Shown: in pieces, positions 9,340 through 17,164 of the stretch
Layout: each line of letters starts with the position of its first letter
How positions within the stretch are numbered: position 1 is the stretch's first letter
Source: an uncultured Methanosarcinales archaeon
GTDB taxonomy: Archaea; Nanobdellota; Nanobdellia; Woesearchaeales; DSVV01
Direction: 5' to 3'
DNA: 64,000 nucleotides
Assembly (NCBI GenBank): GCA_964556185.1
Contig: CAZKVI010000003.1
Coordinates: 2,089-66,088 of the forward strand
Position numbers and translations under genes: made by a program
Notes under the pieces: generated by a model
The model's input: only the letters and a program-made list of their open reading frames with translations
What the model was told of the DNA's origin: nothing
Databases searched by the model: none

Positions 9340-10713
9340 GTGGTTTTATGGGTGCAAAAATTGAGTTTAATAATAGATCCAAACGCAGCAGAAGAATTTG
9401 ATTATCAATTAGATAGATCTCTAAGAGTTGATATTACTTATGATCTTGATCTTGGTCTTTCAGAAAATTTAGAAAGAAAAATAGCAGCAGTCGCTAGTTC
9501 AAGAGAAAGACCAGATATTATTTGTGGGCAAAGATCTTCTTTAATACAATTACCTGAACCTTCTACTATTTTCAAAGGCTTTGATTTACAAGCCATACAA
9601 GTAAAAGGACATTTCTTTAGACCAACAGAAGAAAGCCGTGTTATTCATAATCCACAAATGACTATTTACACAGGAAGAGGTCATCCTGAAGTAATTTGGC
9701 ATTTCGATGATAAAGGAACACTAATTCTTATTCCAAATCCTGATATTCCTTGTGGTGCAATGCTCTTAGAAAATGCAAAACTTGAATTTAGAGCAGCAAA
9801 AGAAATGATGGAAGTAGGTTTACCTGTTGTTTGTCCAATGGGTTATGGAAATTTTCCTGATTTAGGATTTAATGTATATGATTCTATAATGGCTGCAACT
9901 CCAGGCACACTAAGTGGGTTTGCTATACAAGCTGGAGCATATGGTGATTTGGCAGCTATTAATAGAAGACAAGAAGTTGGATTTATGGTTTATGGAATTT
10001 ACACACCTGATAATTGTCGTTGTTTTGAAAGTGTTCTCAATGTAACTTCTGAATTAGATAAATCAAATAAAAGATTATTTTTAGCTGATTTCTTTAGAGC
10101 TTATGGAGCAGCACTAAGACAATTTCATGATAAAGGTTATATTCATGGGTCTCCTAATTTAGATAATCTTTCTCTTGTACCAGTTAGTGAAGCTAGACGA
10201 GGAATGAAATTACCAAATAAATTACAAACATTTTCTGTGTATGAAATTGTTTTCCATGATCTAACAGGAGACCTTGGAACTATTACGAGAAGAAAAGATG
10301 TTTCAAAAGAAAAATGGTTAAGTCATGTTATTTGGGATTTATCAGTTACAACAGGATTGTTATCTAATTTTTATTTTACACCAGAACGATGGGATATGGT
10401 TTATGGACATGATGGAGAAGCCCGTAGAAATATAATTAGAAGAAACCAAAGAATTGCTGAATTAACACAAGAAGTAGGTTATAATCCTGGTCCTGCTTTT
10501 TTTAAAGGATATTTAGGTGAAGATTTTCATAAACTTCCATCAGATTATTTTGAACATGATGGCAGTATGCTTATGCCATGCGATATAAGAACAAGAATAA
10601 CAATACCTTTACAATTAGCCATGAACAGAGGAGAAAAACCACAAGTAAACATCCCAGAATTCTGCAAAACAGAACCTTTAATGAATGTTGTTAGAAATGT
10701 TTATATGCAGTAA
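9340..10713 (+). CDS. hypothetical protein, possible atypical protein-kinase-like fold; start codon unresolved
   Basis: Long ORF with 'AIQVKG', 'GYIHGSPNLDNLSL' (catalytic-loop-like) and 'VFHDLTGDLG' (DFG-like). The only SD-linked ATG (9348) is out of frame by one nt; see findings. Confidence 0.5.
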   Translation: MVLWVQKLSLIIDPNAAEEFDYQLDRSLRVDITYDLDLGLSENLERKIAAVASSRERPDIICGQRSSLIQLPEPSTIFKGFDLQAIQVKGHFFRPTEESRVIHNPQMTIYTGRGHPEVIWHFDDKGTLILIPNPDIPCGAMLLENAKLEFRAAKEMMEVGLPVVCPMGYGNFPDLGFNVYDSIMAATPGTLSGFAIQAGAYGDLAAINRRQEVGFMVYGIYTPDNCRCFESVLNVTSELDKSNKRLFLADFFRAYGAALRQFHDKGYIHGSPNLDNLSLVPVSEARRGMKLPNKLQTFSVYEIVFHDLTGDLGTITRRKDVSKEKWLSHVIWDLSVTTGLLSNFYFTPERWDMVYGHDGEARRNIIRRNQRIAELTQEVGYNPGPAFFKGYLGEDFHKLPSDYFEHDGSMLMPCDIRTRITIPLQLAMNRGEKPQVNIPEFCKTEPLMNVVRNVYMQ

Positions 10714-10757
10714 ATATTATAAATACTACTTCATTTCTCTCTTTTTGGGGTTAGTTA

Positions 10758-11843
10758 ATGGGTGTTGAAGAACTTAGAGCAGCAGTAATTGGAGCAAATA
10801 AAACTAATTCAGGCTTAGGTCTATATATTGTTCAGAAATTCCATAAATTAAGTAGAGTAGATTTAGTTGCATTCTCGTGTAGAACAGAAGAATCTGCTAG
10901 ATATGCAAATACTGCTTTTAGAGAACACGGAATTGATGCAACACCTTATTATACTCATAATGGTTCTCCAGAAGATTCAATAGATGCAATGTTAACAGAA
11001 AAAAGACCAGATATTGTTGCAATATGTACACCTAATAGAACACATTTAGATTATCTTGAACTTGTTCTTGATCATAATGATACTTCTGATCGTAAAACCC
11101 ATGTTCTTCTTGAAAAACCTTTAGCAGAAAGTTCTCCAGAGCATATAGAAAGAGATCTTGACAGAGCAATTGAACTTGTAGAAAGAGCTGAAAAACAAGA
11201 CATAGTTCTTACATACAATGCTTCACTTGCTGCATTAGTTGACCCATATAAAGGAAAAGTTGGAGATTTAGATGATAATCAATTTACTGTAGCAATGCAT
11301 ATGAAACATAAAGGAGGGGAATTACCTTCTCCAAGAACACTCCAATACTCAATCTTATCCCATACAATAGGAATACTTCAAGCATATTTTGGTCCAAACA
11401 TGGGTATTGAAAATCTTGAAAGAAAAACTACTGAGCCAACAGGTGATGATAATGCAGTTGGTGCTTATCACAAATTTACATTAACATATGGTGGATGGAA
11501 AAGTGTTCCTTGCATTATTGATCTTTCTAAATCACCAGAACTTGCGAAGCATGAAAGATATTTTGGAGTTAAAGACAATTATGCTCACATTGAAAAGAAA
11601 GATGGTTTCTGGCATCTTGTTTTCAAAGATGAAGAACGAAAAGTTGAAGACTTCCAAGACACAGTTATTGCAAACATGGTAGATGTAGTCAGAACAGAAC
11701 CAAATCGTCGAGGTGTACTTGATCACCCAAAACCAATCCTCGACGGTAGAGCAATGATAATGAACCAAGTCATATTGCACACATTAATGGGAGATCTAAC
11801 ACCAGAAAAAGCTGAACAATATCAGAGAAAGTTGTATAATTAG
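10758..11843 (+). CDS. Gfo/Idh/MocA-family NAD(P)-dependent oxidoreductase
   Basis: N-terminal Rossmann region 'AAVIGANKTNSGLG', then 'PDIVAICTPNRTHLDY' and the 'LLEKPLA' signature. Confidence 0.75.
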   Translation: MGVEELRAAVIGANKTNSGLGLYIVQKFHKLSRVDLVAFSCRTEESARYANTAFREHGIDATPYYTHNGSPEDSIDAMLTEKRPDIVAICTPNRTHLDYLELVLDHNDTSDRKTHVLLEKPLAESSPEHIERDLDRAIELVERAEKQDIVLTYNASLAALVDPYKGKVGDLDDNQFTVAMHMKHKGGELPSPRTLQYSILSHTIGILQAYFGPNMGIENLERKTTEPTGDDNAVGAYHKFTLTYGGWKSVPCIIDLSKSPELAKHERYFGVKDNYAHIEKKDGFWHLVFKDEERKVEDFQDTVIANMVDVVRTEPNRRGVLDHPKPILDGRAMIMNQVILHTLMGDLTPEKAEQYQRKLYN

Positions 11844-11937
11844 ATCTTATTCTACCGTAACCTTTATAAACCACCTCTCAATTCATCAGTCTATTCCCGT
11901 ACAACTATTACCAGAACGGCAATAGGAGGGCCTAAAC

Positions 11938-12585
11938 ATGAAAACAGAAGATATTCAAAAAGCATTAGAAACAATAAGAAAGGACTCTAAAAAGCGTAAT
12001 TTCCCACAAACTGTGGAATTAATTCTAGGATTACAAAACTTAGATTTGAAAAAACCTGATCATCAAGTAGAGTTCTTTACAACATTAGCAAAATCACCTA
12101 AAAAACGAAGAATTTGTGCTTTCGTAGGTCCAGAATTAAAAGATGAAGCAGAGAAAGTATGTGATTTAATAATCTCAGCAGATGACTTTAATAAATATAC
12201 AGACAAGAAAAAAGCTAAAGCATTAGCAGTAGGTTACGACTTCTTCATAGCCCAGGCAAACATCATGGCAAAAGTAGCAACTGCATTTGGTAGAACATTA
12301 GGTCCAAGAGGAAAGATGCCAAATCCAAAAGCAGGTTGTGTAGTTCCACCTAAAGCAAACTTACAACCATTATACGATAAATTACAAAGAACAATAAAAG
12401 TAAGTGCAAAAACTCAATTACAATTACAACTTTCAATTGCAAATGAAGACATGGAAGATAAAGATATTATTGAAAACATATCACATGTTTACAAACAATT
12501 AGTACATCACTTACCAACACATGAAAATAATATAAAAACTACTTATATTAAATTTACAATGTCAAAACCAGTTAGGGTGTTATAA
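11938..12585 (+). CDS. rpl1: 50S ribosomal protein L1
   Basis: Product resembles L1 ('FPQTVELILGL..LD', 'GPRGKMPNPKAG'). SD 'taggaggg' upstream. It lies first in the L1-P0-P1 order. Confidence 0.9.
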   Translation: MKTEDIQKALETIRKDSKKRNFPQTVELILGLQNLDLKKPDHQVEFFTTLAKSPKKRRICAFVGPELKDEAEKVCDLIISADDFNKYTDKKKAKALAVGYDFFIAQANIMAKVATAFGRTLGPRGKMPNPKAGCVVPPKANLQPLYDKLQRTIKVSAKTQLQLQLSIANEDMEDKDIIENISHVYKQLVHHLPTHENNIKTTYIKFTMSKPVRVL

Positions 12586-12587
12586 AG

Positions 12588-13892
12588 ATGGTAAAAAGAG
12601 CTGGAATGAAACAAAAGTTAGGAGTAATTAAGGAATTTGAAGACTTAATAGTTGAATATCCTATTATTGGTTCTGTTAATATGACTTCTTTACCAACTAA
12701 AACAGTTCAGCAAATGAGAGCTCAATTAAGAAAAAAAGGCGTTGTCCTTAAAATGAGCAAAAGAAGATTAATTAATATTGCAATAAATAATTGTAAAGAG
12801 AAAAAGAAAGGTATTGAAAATCTTCTACCTGAACTTAAAGGTATGCCAGCATTAATATTCACAAAAGAAAATCCTTTTGCATTATACAAGTTTTTATCTA
12901 AGAATAAATCATCTGCTCCTGCAAAAGCAGGCCAAATAGCTCCAAATGAAATTGTAGTTAAAGCAGGTCCAACAGGTTTTTCACCAGGACCAATTATTGG
13001 AGAACTAGGTGCTGTAGGAATTAAAGCAGGTGTTGATGGTGGAAAGATTGCAATCAAAGCAGATAGTGTTGTAGCTAAAGAAGGAGATGAAATTACAGAA
13101 CAATTAGCAGCAATATTAACAAGACTTGGTATTGAACCAATGGAAATTGGTTTAAACATGGTTGCAGTATTTGAAGAAGGTAATGTTTATGATAGTAAAA
13201 TCTTAGCAATTGATGAAGATGAATACATGAATAACATAACAACAGCAGCAACTTGGGCTTTCAACTTAGCAGTTGAAGCAGCAATACCAACACCAGATAC
13301 AACAGAATTACTATTACAAAAATGTTTCAAAGATTCCAAAGCAGTTGCAATGGAAGGAAATATTATGGCAGATGCTGTTGCAGAAGAATTACTTGCAAAA
13401 GCTGAAAGAGAAATGTTAGCTCTAAAAGCAGAAGCAAATATTAGTGATGCACCAGTAGTTGACAAAGTCAACGAAGAAGCGCAAGCTTCTGTAAAAGAAG
13501 AAGTTAAAGAAGAACCAAAAGCTGAAGAAAAACCAGCTGAAGAAGCAAAAGAAACAGAAACAAAAGAAGTTTCCGAACTTTCCGAGGGAAAGCAAGAAGC
13601 TGATAAAGCTTCTGTGGGAAACGAAGAAGTCGCAGAGACTTCTGAAGAAAAACCAGCAGAAACTACAGAAACTAAAGAAGGACCTGAAGCAGAAGGAGCT
13701 GATGAGGCACCTAAAGCAGAAGAAAAACCAGCTGAACCTGCACCAGCAGAGGAAGCAAAAGCTGAAGAGAAAGCTGATGAGGCTAAACCTGAAGCTAAAG
13801 AAGAAGCTGCACCAGAAGAACCAGCTAAAGAAGAACCTAAAGCTGAAGAAGCTCCTGCAAAAGCAGAAGATAAACCAGCTGATGAATCATAA
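12588..13892 (+). CDS. rplP0: 50S ribosomal stalk protein P0 (L10) with a long E/K/A/P-rich C-terminal extension
   Basis: The N-terminal 280 aa are typical archaeal P0. The C-terminal ~140 aa are low-complexity and end 'AEDKPADES' rather than the GLGALFG-type tail. Confidence 0.9.
   Translation: MVKRAGMKQKLGVIKEFEDLIVEYPIIGSVNMTSLPTKTVQQMRAQLRKKGVVLKMSKRRLINIAINNCKEKKKGIENLLPELKGMPALIFTKENPFALYKFLSKNKSSAPAKAGQIAPNEIVVKAGPTGFSPGPIIGELGAVGIKAGVDGGKIAIKADSVVAKEGDEITEQLAAILTRLGIEPMEIGLNMVAVFEEGNVYDSKILAIDEDEYMNNITTAATWAFNLAVEAAIPTPDTTELLLQKCFKDSKAVAMEGNIMADAVAEELLAKAEREMLALKAEANISDAPVVDKVNEEAQASVKEEVKEEPKAEEKPAEEAKETETKEVSELSEGKQEADKASVGNEEVAETSEEKPAETTETKEGPEAEGADEAPKAEEKPAEPAPAEEAKAEEKADEAKPEAKEEAAPEEPAKEEPKAEEAPAKAEDKPADES
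13576..13617. repeat. copy of the 42-nt double-hairpin module (inside the P0 coding sequence)
   Basis: 'aactttccgagggaaagcaagaagctgataaagcttctgtgg' is 36/42 identical to 53151-53192. The stem differences are compensatory (CT..AG versus TC..GA). Confidence 0.7.
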
Positions 13893-13933
13893 TCAAGAGG
13901 TTGATTAATTATTATAACAAGGAGGAATTAAAA

Positions 13934-14245
13934 ATGGAATACGTTTATGCCGCAATGTTAATCCACAAAGCAGGTGGAAAAGTTGATGAAGCTAATGTTA
14001 AAAAAGTTTTAGAAGCAGCCGGAGTTAAAGCTGATGATGCAAGAATCAAAGCTTTAGTCGCAGCTCTCGATGGTGTCAATATTGACGAAGCAGTCGAGAA
14101 AGCAGCAGCAGCTCCTGTCGCAGCCGCACCAGCAGCTGCTCCAGCAGAAGGAGACGCAGCACCAGCTGAAGCTAAAAAAGACGAAGCTAAAGAAGAAGAG
14201 AAAAAAGAGGAAGCAGCAGCTGGCCTTGGAGCTCTTTTCGGATAA
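13934..14245 (+). CDS. rpl12: 50S ribosomal stalk protein P1 (L12)
   Basis: Starts '[15 protein letters not shown]' and ends '[12 protein letters not shown]'. SD 'aaggagga' lies 7 nt upstream of ATG 13934. Confidence 0.9.
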   Translation: MEYVYAAMLIHKAGGKVDEANVKKVLEAAGVKADDARIKALVAALDGVNIDEAVEKAAAAPVAAAPAAAPAEGDAAPAEAKKDEAKEEEKKEEAAAGLGALFG

Positions 14246-14307
14246 AGGCTTTTTAGCCTTTTTTTATTTTATTTTTAATAGAAGTTGACAACGCCAAGTG
14301 AGATCTA

Positions 14308-15198
14308 ATGGATAAAAAAGAAAAAGATAATTTATTGAAAGACATTTCTGATAAAAAGAAGGATGTTTCTGGGTTAAAACAACAACTCAATGACATTAAT
14401 TTAGAAAAGGAAAAATTCTATCAAGAAAAAGAAACTCATTCTAAGAAGATAAAAGAATTATTATCTAATCTAAAGTCTCTAAAAAAAGAAAGAGATAAGT
14501 TTACTAGAGCTGTAAGAGAACATAAAGGTAAAAGAGAAGTTATCAATAAACAAATTCAAAAGAAAATTAAAGTAGTAAGAGAATTTACTAAAGAAAAAGA
14601 CCAAGTAACTAAAAAACTCCAGATTAAAGACGATCCTGTAAAATTAAAGAAAACTATTGACCATTTAGAGCTTTCAATTGAAATAGAAGCAATGTCTTTT
14701 AAAAAAGAACAAGGAGTTATGAAAAAAATCAAGGAATTAAAGAAGAAATACGAAGATCTTTCTGAAATTACAGTTGTTCATAAAAAAATTAAAGAATTTT
14801 CAAAAGAAATAAAGAAATTAAAAAAAGAAGCAGACCAAATTCATAGAAGTGTTCAAGAGAATGCTAAAAACTCTCAAGAAAGACATGAAAAACTATTAGG
14901 ATTTTCTAAAGAAATTGACGAATTAAAAGAAAAAGAAAAAACAGCTTATGAAAAATTCTTAGAACAAAAGAAAGCTTTTACTAAAATAAATAATAAACTA
15001 AAAGAAATCTTGCCTGATATGAATAAATTACATGGAAAACTAAGTGACGAAAAGAAAAAACAAAGAAAAAAACACGAAGAAAAACAACAAAAAACTCTTC
15101 AAGAAAAAAAGAAACAAGTAAACGAGAAACTCAAAAAAGGCAAAGGCGTTACATTAACAATGGAAGATCTTCTAGCATTTCAATCTGGTAAAGAATAA
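14308..15198 (+). CDS. K/E-rich coiled-coil protein, function unknown
   Basis: 296-aa ORF that is almost entirely heptad-like K/E/L sequence. Confidence 0.5.
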   Translation: MDKKEKDNLLKDISDKKKDVSGLKQQLNDINLEKEKFYQEKETHSKKIKELLSNLKSLKKERDKFTRAVREHKGKREVINKQIQKKIKVVREFTKEKDQVTKKLQIKDDPVKLKKTIDHLELSIEIEAMSFKKEQGVMKKIKELKKKYEDLSEITVVHKKIKEFSKEIKKLKKEADQIHRSVQENAKNSQERHEKLLGFSKEIDELKEKEKTAYEKFLEQKKAFTKINNKLKEILPDMNKLHGKLSDEKKKQRKKHEEKQQKTLQEKKKQVNEKLKKGKGVTLTMEDLLAFQSGKE

Positions 15199-15262
15199 TT
15201 CCGAGTAAATATCTAACTTTTCTACAGAAAGTAAAGAATAAGTATAAATAAAAAAAATAATT

Positions 15263-15439
15263 TTACAATTTCTCCATATAATGGCATTTACCGCAAGTCA
15301 TTCTGTTTTTGTGTTGTGCCATGAATACACCTTTACCACACTTTGGACAGAATTTATTTTTAGATTTGCCATTCTCATAGGATTTGTATAATTGTGATGG
15401 TTTTCTTTTAGTATCTTTTTTTCCTTTGTCTGCTGCCAT
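15263..15439 (-). CDS. rps27ae: 30S ribosomal protein S27ae
   Basis: Absent from the ORF track because it is only 58 aa. My translation is '[58 protein letters not shown]'. It has a C4 zinc ribbon and lies directly after rps24e. Confidence 0.85.
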   Translation of the reverse strand: MAADKGKKDTKRKPSQLYKSYENGKSKNKFCPKCGKGVFMAQHKNRMTCGKCHYMEKL

Positions 15440-15441
15440 TT

Positions 15442-15873
15442 TTATTCACTCTTTTCTGCAGGTGCTTCTGCTTTCTCTTCACCAGCGTCTTCTTTCTTTT
15501 CTTCGGCTGGAGCTTCTTTTTTATCATCAGCACTTTCTTCCTTCTTTTCTGGTGCTGGAGCTTCTTGTTCTTCCTTCTTCTCAATCACTTTCTTAAAATG
15601 CTTTGCAATTAAACCTTCGCTCTCTAATTTCTCAAGCAAGTCTTTTTTATCATAGACATGAGCAATTAATTTAGCTCTTCTTGCTCCAAATCTTTGATAA
15701 ATGTGTTTAATTATAACTAAATCAGGATTAACTTTTAATTGAGTACCTAATGCAAACTTTAATTCTAGTCTTGAAGGTGTTGTAGCTGCAAAATTAACAA
15801 ATGCAGTTACTCTTTTCCTTGATAATAAAGGTGCGTCATTTTGTTTTGTTACTTCGATTTCCATCATCTTCAC
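15442..15873 (-). CDS. rps24e: 30S ribosomal protein S24e with an acidic/Lys-rich C-terminal tail
   Basis: '[12 protein letters not shown]...TPSR.E' type core. It is followed by the tail '[32 protein letters not shown]...'. Confidence 0.85.
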   Translation of the reverse strand: MKMMEIEVTKQNDAPLLSRKRVTAFVNFAATTPSRLELKFALGTQLKVNPDLVIIKHIYQRFGARRAKLIAHVYDKKDLLEKLESEGLIAKHFKKVIEKKEEQEAPAPEKKEESADDKKEAPAEEKKEDAGEEKAEAPAEKSE

Positions 15874-16058
15874 CTACACTTAATTGCATATTCGCCATCT
15901 TTTTCTATGCCAATCTTCTTTGCAATCTCAGATTTTTTAACATCAGTTATTGTGATTTTCCCTTGCCAGTTATTTGTAAAAGAACTTGCCTTACAAAGTG
16001 GACATTTAGCTCCTTCAACAAAACTTTTGCATAATTTACAAACTTTTTTCTTTGCCAT
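15870..16058 (-). CDS. spt4: transcription elongation factor Spt4 (RpoE'')
   Basis: 62 aa with zinc ribbon 'CKLCKSFVEGAKCPLC' followed by 'W.GKITI'. It has the conserved position after rpoE'. Confidence 0.8.
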   Translation of the reverse strand: MAKKKVCKLCKSFVEGAKCPLCKASSFTNNWQGKITITDVKKSEIAKKIGIEKDGEYAIKCR

Positions 16059-16059
16059 T

Positions 16060-16638
16060 TTACTTACCTGCTTTTGAGACTTTCTTTACTTTGCCTTCTC
16101 TTTTAGCTTTGTCCTCGTCAAACCATTCAGGCTTACCCAAACCTGATTGTCTCATTGTAAGTCCTAATTTTGGATTTGTTGGATCTTTGTAACTTACTGC
16201 AATAACCCTTGCTTTACAATCGTCACCAACTTTTAAACTTCTTTTACTTTCTTTTCCAAGTAAAACCTTATCCTTAGAAAAACTCACAAAATCATCCATT
16301 GTTTGTGATACATGAACCATTCCTTCTGTTGGTCCAATACTTAAGAAACCTCCAAAGTCTGCAATATCTTTCATTTTTCCTAAGAGAACTTCTTGCAACT
16401 CTGGTTTAAATGTGAATAAGTCAAAAACACATTCATAATAAGGGCTTCCATCGCCCGGAATTATAATTCCATCTTTTATCTCTTCAATACCACCTACATC
16501 AATAACGATTCCTAGGTCTTTTGAGATAAAACCCTCAAACTTAGCTTTGATTTGTTTAACAACTGCACTCTTTAATTCTAAATCGAATAATTCAGGAGTG
16601 ACTCTTATATGATCCCTAACTTTTGTTTTATAAAACAT
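16060..16638 (-). CDS. rpoE: DNA-directed RNA polymerase subunit E' (Rpo7)
   Basis: The N-terminal Rpb7-like region and the S1 domain 'VGDDCKARVIAVS' are both present. Confidence 0.85.
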   Translation of the reverse strand: MFYKTKVRDHIRVTPELFDLELKSAVVKQIKAKFEGFISKDLGIVIDVGGIEEIKDGIIIPGDGSPYYECVFDLFTFKPELQEVLLGKMKDIADFGGFLSIGPTEGMVHVSQTMDDFVSFSKDKVLLGKESKRSLKVGDDCKARVIAVSYKDPTNPKLGLTMRQSGLGKPEWFDEDKAKREGKVKKVSKAGK

Positions 16639-16640
16639 TT

Positions 16641-17021
16641 TTATTCAAACACCAAATATTTTTTTTGTCTTAGGAAGACTTTCCTTCCTGTCAATCTTTT
16701 TTTCAACTCTGTATCTTGCGTTGCAATAATGTAATCATCATTTAACCTTACTAATACATCATCAACATAGTCATCAGAGTCTTCTATTAACACATTGATT
16801 TTCTTTGCGTCAATTAAACTCAAAGCAAGCTTAGCTTCCCTCGAATCCTTGCCACGGCCCCTTTCCTGGATTCTCTCCAGTTCTTGCTTGGACTTTTCCA
16901 AGACAAAAAGCTCATAGGGGAAATCACACATTTCCTCAAACTTCTCAAAGATATCTACACCAAGACTGGCTGGTATCATCAAAAAGTTTGTATCAAGTAT
17001 GATTTTCTTTGCCACAGGCAT
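16641..17021 (-). CDS. PIN-domain protein (Fcf1/Utp24-like)
   Basis: 'ILDTNFLM' is the first acidic PIN motif and 'IIATQDTELKKRL' follows. This is the conserved neighbour of rpoE' in archaea. Confidence 0.7.
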   Translation of the reverse strand: MPVAKKIILDTNFLMIPASLGVDIFEKFEEMCDFPYELFVLEKSKQELERIQERGRGKDSREAKLALSLIDAKKINVLIEDSDDYVDDVLVRLNDDYIIATQDTELKKRLTGRKVFLRQKKYLVFE

Positions 17022-17164
17022 TTATAGAGAAGATTTGAAGGGGATTTATAAATGTTTAGGTCCTTACTACTATTTTCCATTACATACAGAAGCTAACGCT
17101 TCTTACTTTACTGCGTAAAGTTTATATATGAACTAATCCCTAAAATACTAAAAGAGGGGACAAT

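Noticed and set aside
11866-11937. Possible L1 autoregulatory site in the rpl1 leader (hairpin CUAUU-N11-AAUAG before the SD).
   Set aside because: I cannot match it by eye to the 23S rRNA L1-binding consensus. It is kept only as a note.
12722-13471. Antisense ORFs within rplP0 (145 aa and 94 aa), and similar antisense or alternate-frame ORFs within ileS-neighbour genes, EF-2, the TIM-barrel gene, UPF0182 and others.
   Set aside because: They overlap well-supported genes, have low-complexity composition, and lack start signals. These are typical shadow ORFs.
13470-13892. Repetitive 'gaagaaaaaccagctgaa'-type units considered as a tandem-repeat or CRISPR-like array.
   Set aside because: The units are irregular in length, in-frame, and translate to E/K/A/P low-complexity protein. 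No spacer-repeat periodicity is present.
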